Source of the DNA: an uncultured virus (IMG/VR IMGVR_UViG_3300029319_000027)
Taxonomy: Duplodnaviria; Heunggongvirae; Uroviricota; Caudoviricetes
Direction: 5' to 3' (one strand)
IMG/VR virus record: IMGVR_UViG_3300029319_000027
DNA: 20,000 nt
Positions 15,972 to 20,000 of the stretch are shown piece by piece (the stretch's first letter is position 1; every line of letters begins with the position of its first letter). The notes beneath the pieces were generated by a model. That model worked only from the letters and a program-made list of their open reading frames with translations. It was not told the origin of the DNA and did no database searches. Position numbers and translations under genes: made by a program.

Positions 15972-15978
15972 CTGCGTA

Positions 15979-16680
15979 TTACTTTGTGTCGTTTACCTCA
16001 TAATCTGTCATAAAGTCAGGAATTACATCTCCAACAACTTCCATAAGATTTCCATCAGGGTAATCCTTAAACTGAGCCCAAATCTTTTTTCTCATATCAA
16101 GATTAAGATTTTTTACAACATACATACCTTTGAGCATGTCAGCTTTTGTAACTGATGCAGGTTTAAGTTCTAAATCTGCTTCTGTAGGAATTCTTTTAAC
16201 TTCGTTATCGCATCCCTCAGTATCACACCTGCCAACGAAAATAGGATTACCGTTTTTATCGCTAATCCAATATCTCCACATAAATTCAGATGGCTGTTCA
16301 CAGCTTTGGCAAAAGTCGGCACCTGCCATACTTTGTTCTTTTCTGATATTTCTGACAGGGTCAACTGCCATGTCATTCAAACGACTGACAATGTGTGAGC
16401 CCTGGAAAGATGTTCTACCTTCTTTGTATAAAGATTCGACAGCTACAAAAACATCTTCGTATGCATATTCTTGTAAATCTCTAAACCATACTTCAATGTT
16501 GATGTCTTCCCATTTCTGAGTTTCAGGCATTCTCATTTGAATCCACTGAACTATCTCAATCCACTGAGCTTTTGTCATCGCAACAAGATTTTCTCTATCA
16601 CGAGATAGAACTTGTTTAGGTTTGTATGTCGCTAGTTCTTCTAATGAAAGCCCTGTATTAATTTTCTCTAAATCACTCAT
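15979..16680 (-). CDS. Putative replicative helicase loader/inhibitor (G39P-like) with Zn ribbon
   Basis: Start likely ATG 16680 (TAATG coupling). IEVWFRDLQEYAYEDVFVAVESLY resembles G39P-like loaders; CQSC...CDTEGC. Confidence 0.5.
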   Translation of the reverse strand: MSDLEKINTGLSLEELATYKPKQVLSRDRENLVAMTKAQWIEIVQWIQMRMPETQKWEDINIEVWFRDLQEYAYEDVFVAVESLYKEGRTSFQGSHIVSRLNDMAVDPVRNIRKEQSMAGADFCQSCEQPSEFMWRYWISDKNGNPIFVGRCDTEGCDNEVKRIPTEADLELKPASVTKADMLKGMYVVKNLNLDMRKKIWAQFKDYPDGNLMEVVGDVIPDFMTDYEVNDTK

Positions 16681-17003
16681 TAGTAAGTTAACCAAAGAAT
16701 GAAAAAGATTTCTCCATTAATTTCTTCCTTTTTAGAAATCAAGTGAAAATTAGAATCAGGATAATTGGCTTTGAAATACCTTGTATAAGCCATTCTTAAT
16801 CTTTTTGTTTCCAAGATTCTTTTTTCATTAAATTCAGGTCCTGATCTGAATCTAGCTAACTCTTGTGCCATTGATGTGTTAATAAGTTCGCTAATTGCAT
16901 TCTCATTAATATCCTTAGGAACCAATGACTTCTTCCTAAGTCTTTCTGATTCAGGAACTTCAACAATAGAGCTGTTAGTTCCTTTGTATTCATATGTTTC
17001 CAT
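16680..17003 (-). CDS. Hypothetical protein
   Basis: 107 aa; AAGGAG RBS. Confidence 0.7.
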   Translation of the reverse strand: METYEYKGTNSSIVEVPESERLRKKSLVPKDINENAISELINTSMAQELARFRSGPEFNEKRILETKRLRMAYTRYFKANYPDSNFHLISKKEEINGEIFFILWLTY

Positions 17004-17044
17004 ATTCTCCTTTGTCTTTCTGTGTCAATTTTAACTATTGTGTC

Positions 17045-17138
17045 ATTATATGCAAGTCAAAAAAAATAAAAATAATTAACGCATATAACTCACATGTTGG
17101 TAATATTATAGAAATATTTACACCAAGCGTAAATATTT
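17045..17138. promoter_or_regulatory. Divergent promoter region with 10 bp inverted repeat
   Basis: Minus strand TATAAT (17045-17050); plus strand TGgTAATAT (17098-17106); IR AAATATTTAC-N7-GTAAATATTT (17112-17138). Confidence 0.5.
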
Positions 17139-17159
17139 GATATACATAAGGAGAAGATT

Positions 17160-17384
17160 ATGACGGGAATACCCGAAAGTAAAAACGCTAAATTTAGGCG
17201 TTTAGCAAACACTAGAGTTCCTAATGCTGTAAAGCAGATAGAACTCATTAAGAATCTAGCTAATACAACTCACTATGAGTATTCGAAAGAAGAAGTAAAT
17301 GCAATTCTTAAAACACTCAGTAAAAGCATGAATGAATTGAAAAAAAGCTTTGCTGACCAAGATAGCTCTAGTTTTAGAATCTAA
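17160..17384 (+). CDS. Small helical conserved hypothetical protein
   Basis: AAGGAG RBS; ESKNAKFRRLANTRVPNAVKQIELIKNLANTTHYEYSKEEV pattern; TAATG-coupled to the next gene. Confidence 0.8.
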   Translation: MTGIPESKNAKFRRLANTRVPNAVKQIELIKNLANTTHYEYSKEEVNAILKTLSKSMNELKKSFADQDSSSFRI

Positions 17385-19636
17385 TGGATACTAAACAAGC
17401 AAGAGCTTTATTTACTGATCTATTTCAATCTGAATCAGAAGAAGCAGTTATTGAAGTATTAAAAAAAGCAGGGCTGTGGGAGTTTGACGAAAAGGATTGG
17501 AAAATTCTTGGAGCAAAAGAAAATAATCAAGCAATTGTAGGTAATCAAACTATTCAACCTCACAATGCTTTAGTAGAAAAATTAACTAATAGCGTTGATG
17601 CCATGATTATGCTAAAAGCAGCAGAAGCAGGAGAAGATAAGAAAAACTCTCCAAAATCAGTAAAAGAAGCTGTTGAGAGGTATTTTAATATTCCTGAAGG
17701 CAAATTAGAGAATTTACAAATCCGTTCAAAGGATGTAAAAAATCTAACTAGAAACATACAAATGTTTGCAACAGGAGTTAAAAACAGAAAACCTTCAATA
17801 ACATTTGCAGATAAAGGAATTGGTCAATCTGTAGATACCATTGAACAAACATTCTTATCAATTAACGAAACTAATAAAACTAACATACCTTACCTACAAG
17901 GTTCCTTTAACCAGGGTGGATTAGCCACATTAGTTTTTTCAGGTAAAAATCGTATGAACTTGATTGCTACTAGAATGGCACCTTCTGTTAATAAAAAACA
18001 CAATACTGAATGGTGTTTTACAATCATTAGGTATATTGATCCTGAAATATTAGGAACTGAAGTTCCAATATATTATTATCTCGCACCAAAAGGAAAAGTT
18101 CTTACAATTGGAGATGAACCAATTGATGCTCTTCCAGGTCAAGATAGACATCCTTACTTAGTGGAATTAGATTATGGCTCAATTGTTAAATGCTATAGCT
18201 ATGACACAAAAGGTTGGAAAGGTTCACAAAACATTGTTGGAGAACCGAGGTATTACCTTGAAGAAATTTATGCAGAACCTGCACTTCCAATAAGAATGGT
18301 TGATTGCCGTCATGAGGATACAACTTTTGGAGAAGGTAACTTTTATGGTTATTGGGCTCAAGCAAAAGATAACTTTCATAATGGTAAAAAAATGATGACT
18401 CTTGAAGGAGATTATGGAACAATAAAAATATCTTATGGTGTTTTTGATATTGCTAAATCAAAAGACAAGCAAGGAAGGTCTACTAGTAGAGGAATACATG
18501 TAGTTTATAACGGTCAAACTCATGGAATCTTACCTGTAGAGACAATTTCTAAAAAAGATATGCTTAACTTTCCGTTCTTAAAAGATAGATTGCGTGTTGA
18601 TATTAATTTAACTGAAATATCATCTAGTTATAGAACAAAAATATTTTCTACATCAAGAGATAGACTTATCCAGAGCGAAGAATATCATCAAATCCGTAAA
18701 GATGTTGTTGATTTACTTAAAAACAACAAAGATTTAAAGGAATTGAATGCATATTATCAATCTTTGATTGCTGAAAAAGCAAAAGATACAAATAATTCGT
18801 ATTTTGAGCGTTTTTTACAGTCAAATGAGCATATTTCAAGGCTTTTAACAGGTAAAGCTGCTAAAAAAGCTAAAGTTATGCCCAAGAAAGAGCTTACAGA
18901 GTACGAAGGAAAGAATTTTCCTACCTTTTTCGAGTGGTCTAAGTCAAAAACTGACCAAGTTAAGGTTGCTCCAATAAATCATGAGCATATTCGTACCTTT
19001 GCAACAACAGATGCAGAGAATCTTTACTTTGATAGAGCAGTCGATAAAGGAACAGTTCAAGTATTTCCAAAAGAAATGCTTAAATCTTATGATCTAGTCA
19101 ATGGTAAGTTAAATTTTTCTTTTAACATGCCTGATAATGTCAAGGTCGGTCAGCAAATTCCTGTAAGAATAGTTATTTCTGATAAAGTACAAGAGTTTGA
19201 ACTAACTCATGTAATAAAAGTTGGAAAAGCAGCTAAACAATCTAAAGGACCTAGCGTCAAAAATGATGGTAGGAAGCAAGGAAGTACAGGAAAACTTAAA
19301 AGTAACAAAGGTGGCTTGCCATCTGTAAAAAGAGCTACTGCTGAAGAGTTACAAGAATTGTTTCCAAAGTCATTCGATAAGAGATATTCAGTATTCTGTG
19401 AAGGAGACATGTGGTTCTTAAATCAAGACAATGATGATCTAAGAATTATGTTGACTGATAAAGAGTATAGAGCCTTTGGTAGCGACTTTATTGTCGACCA
19501 ATTTGAGAAAGCTCTGCTTTTGAATGGTCTGTCTTTGAAACAAGGCGAATCTACTGATGAATTGGTTAATGAAAGCTTGGCGAAAATGTCAGCTATGCAA
19601 GTTCCAATCATACATGGATTAAGCAAGCCTATCTAA
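17384..19636 (+). CDS. GHKL (HSP90/MORC-like) ATPase-domain protein
   Basis: Bergerat-fold motifs ALVEKLTNSVDA, ITFADKGIGQ and QGSFNQGG; 750 aa; C-terminal region unassigned. Confidence 0.8.
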   Translation: MDTKQARALFTDLFQSESEEAVIEVLKKAGLWEFDEKDWKILGAKENNQAIVGNQTIQPHNALVEKLTNSVDAMIMLKAAEAGEDKKNSPKSVKEAVERYFNIPEGKLENLQIRSKDVKNLTRNIQMFATGVKNRKPSITFADKGIGQSVDTIEQTFLSINETNKTNIPYLQGSFNQGGLATLVFSGKNRMNLIATRMAPSVNKKHNTEWCFTIIRYIDPEILGTEVPIYYYLAPKGKVLTIGDEPIDALPGQDRHPYLVELDYGSIVKCYSYDTKGWKGSQNIVGEPRYYLEEIYAEPALPIRMVDCRHEDTTFGEGNFYGYWAQAKDNFHNGKKMMTLEGDYGTIKISYGVFDIAKSKDKQGRSTSRGIHVVYNGQTHGILPVETISKKDMLNFPFLKDRLRVDINLTEISSSYRTKIFSTSRDRLIQSEEYHQIRKDVVDLLKNNKDLKELNAYYQSLIAEKAKDTNNSYFERFLQSNEHISRLLTGKAAKKAKVMPKKELTEYEGKNFPTFFEWSKSKTDQVKVAPINHEHIRTFATTDAENLYFDRAVDKGTVQVFPKEMLKSYDLVNGKLNFSFNMPDNVKVGQQIPVRIVISDKVQEFELTHVIKVGKAAKQSKGPSVKNDGRKQGSTGKLKSNKGGLPSVKRATAEELQELFPKSFDKRYSVFCEGDMWFLNQDNDDLRIMLTDKEYRAFGSDFIVDQFEKALLLNGLSLKQGESTDELVNESLAKMSAMQVPIIHGLSKPI

Positions 19637-19650
19637 GTCTCCACGAAAGA

Positions 19651-19692
19651 GAAAAGAAAAACCCCCTTTGGTTTCCCAGGGGGGTTTCCTTT
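19651..19692. terminator. Bidirectional intrinsic terminator
   Basis: AAACCCCCTTTGG-TTTC-CCAGGGGGGTTT stem with A-rich and T-rich flanks, between convergent genes. Confidence 0.8.
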
Positions 19693-19751
19693 ATACAAAA
19701 GGCATTCTCACTATGGTGCCCGGAGGCTCCGTAGTTGATTACTCAGACAGT

Positions 19752-19904
19752 TTACTCTTCTTCTAGATTTAATTCCACTGCATTTTCAGAATTAACTTCG
19801 TGGATTAGTTGATTCTCTATGATTTCCCAAAACCTATCGTCATACATTCTTGGGAGAAGTTTATCAAATTCTTTCTTTGTGTATCGGTACCATCTGTTTT
19901 TCAT
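19752..19904 (-). CDS. Hypothetical 50 aa protein, probably leaderless
   Basis: MKNRWYRYTKKEFDKLLPRMYDDRFWEIIENQLIHEVNSENAVELNLEEE; TATACT-N7-ATG upstream; converges on the terminator. Confidence 0.55.
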   Translation of the reverse strand: MKNRWYRYTKKEFDKLLPRMYDDRFWEIIENQLIHEVNSENAVELNLEEE

Positions 19905-20000
19905 ATGGATTAGTATACATACCTAAAAAAAAATTTTTGTTTTTTATACATCCCTTACTGCCTTCTTAAATATAAATATCTCTCCCTATATTAGGTTTAG

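Noticed and set aside
15306..16519. Plus-strand ORFs 15306-15737 and 16130-16519, and minus-strand 16170-16376
   Set aside because: Antisense or off-frame to well-supported genes, with no recognisable motifs.
17560..19626. Four short minus-strand ORFs inside the GHKL ATPase gene
   Set aside because: Antisense shadows without RBS or motifs.

Overview
AT-rich tailed-phage (HK97-fold, siphovirus-like) DNA. The minus strand carries the morphogenesis module: terminase large subunit, an unusually long portal, prohead protease, major capsid, head-tail connector, head closure, HK97 gp10-like protein, tail terminator, tail tube, and a tail assembly chaperone truncated at the window edge. A roughly 4.9 kb accessory block (3128-7939) splits this module. 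It holds an HTH/Zn-finger protein, a lytic transglycosylase-like protein, microproteins, a C5-cytosine methyltransferase and a phage Dam-type adenine methyltransferase. The C5 methyltransferase appears dual-coded: motifs I-VIII and X are in one frame, and the motif IX-like segment is in a nested same-strand ORF in another frame. It also lacks a standard start codon unless an A6 tract slips. Upstream of terL are a putative helicase loader/inhibitor and a divergent two-gene module (74 aa protein plus 750 aa GHKL/MORC-like ATPase) that resembles defence-island cargo. Several genes look leaderless, which hints at a low-GC actinobacterial host (inference). Family names come from motif recognition by eye, not database searches.
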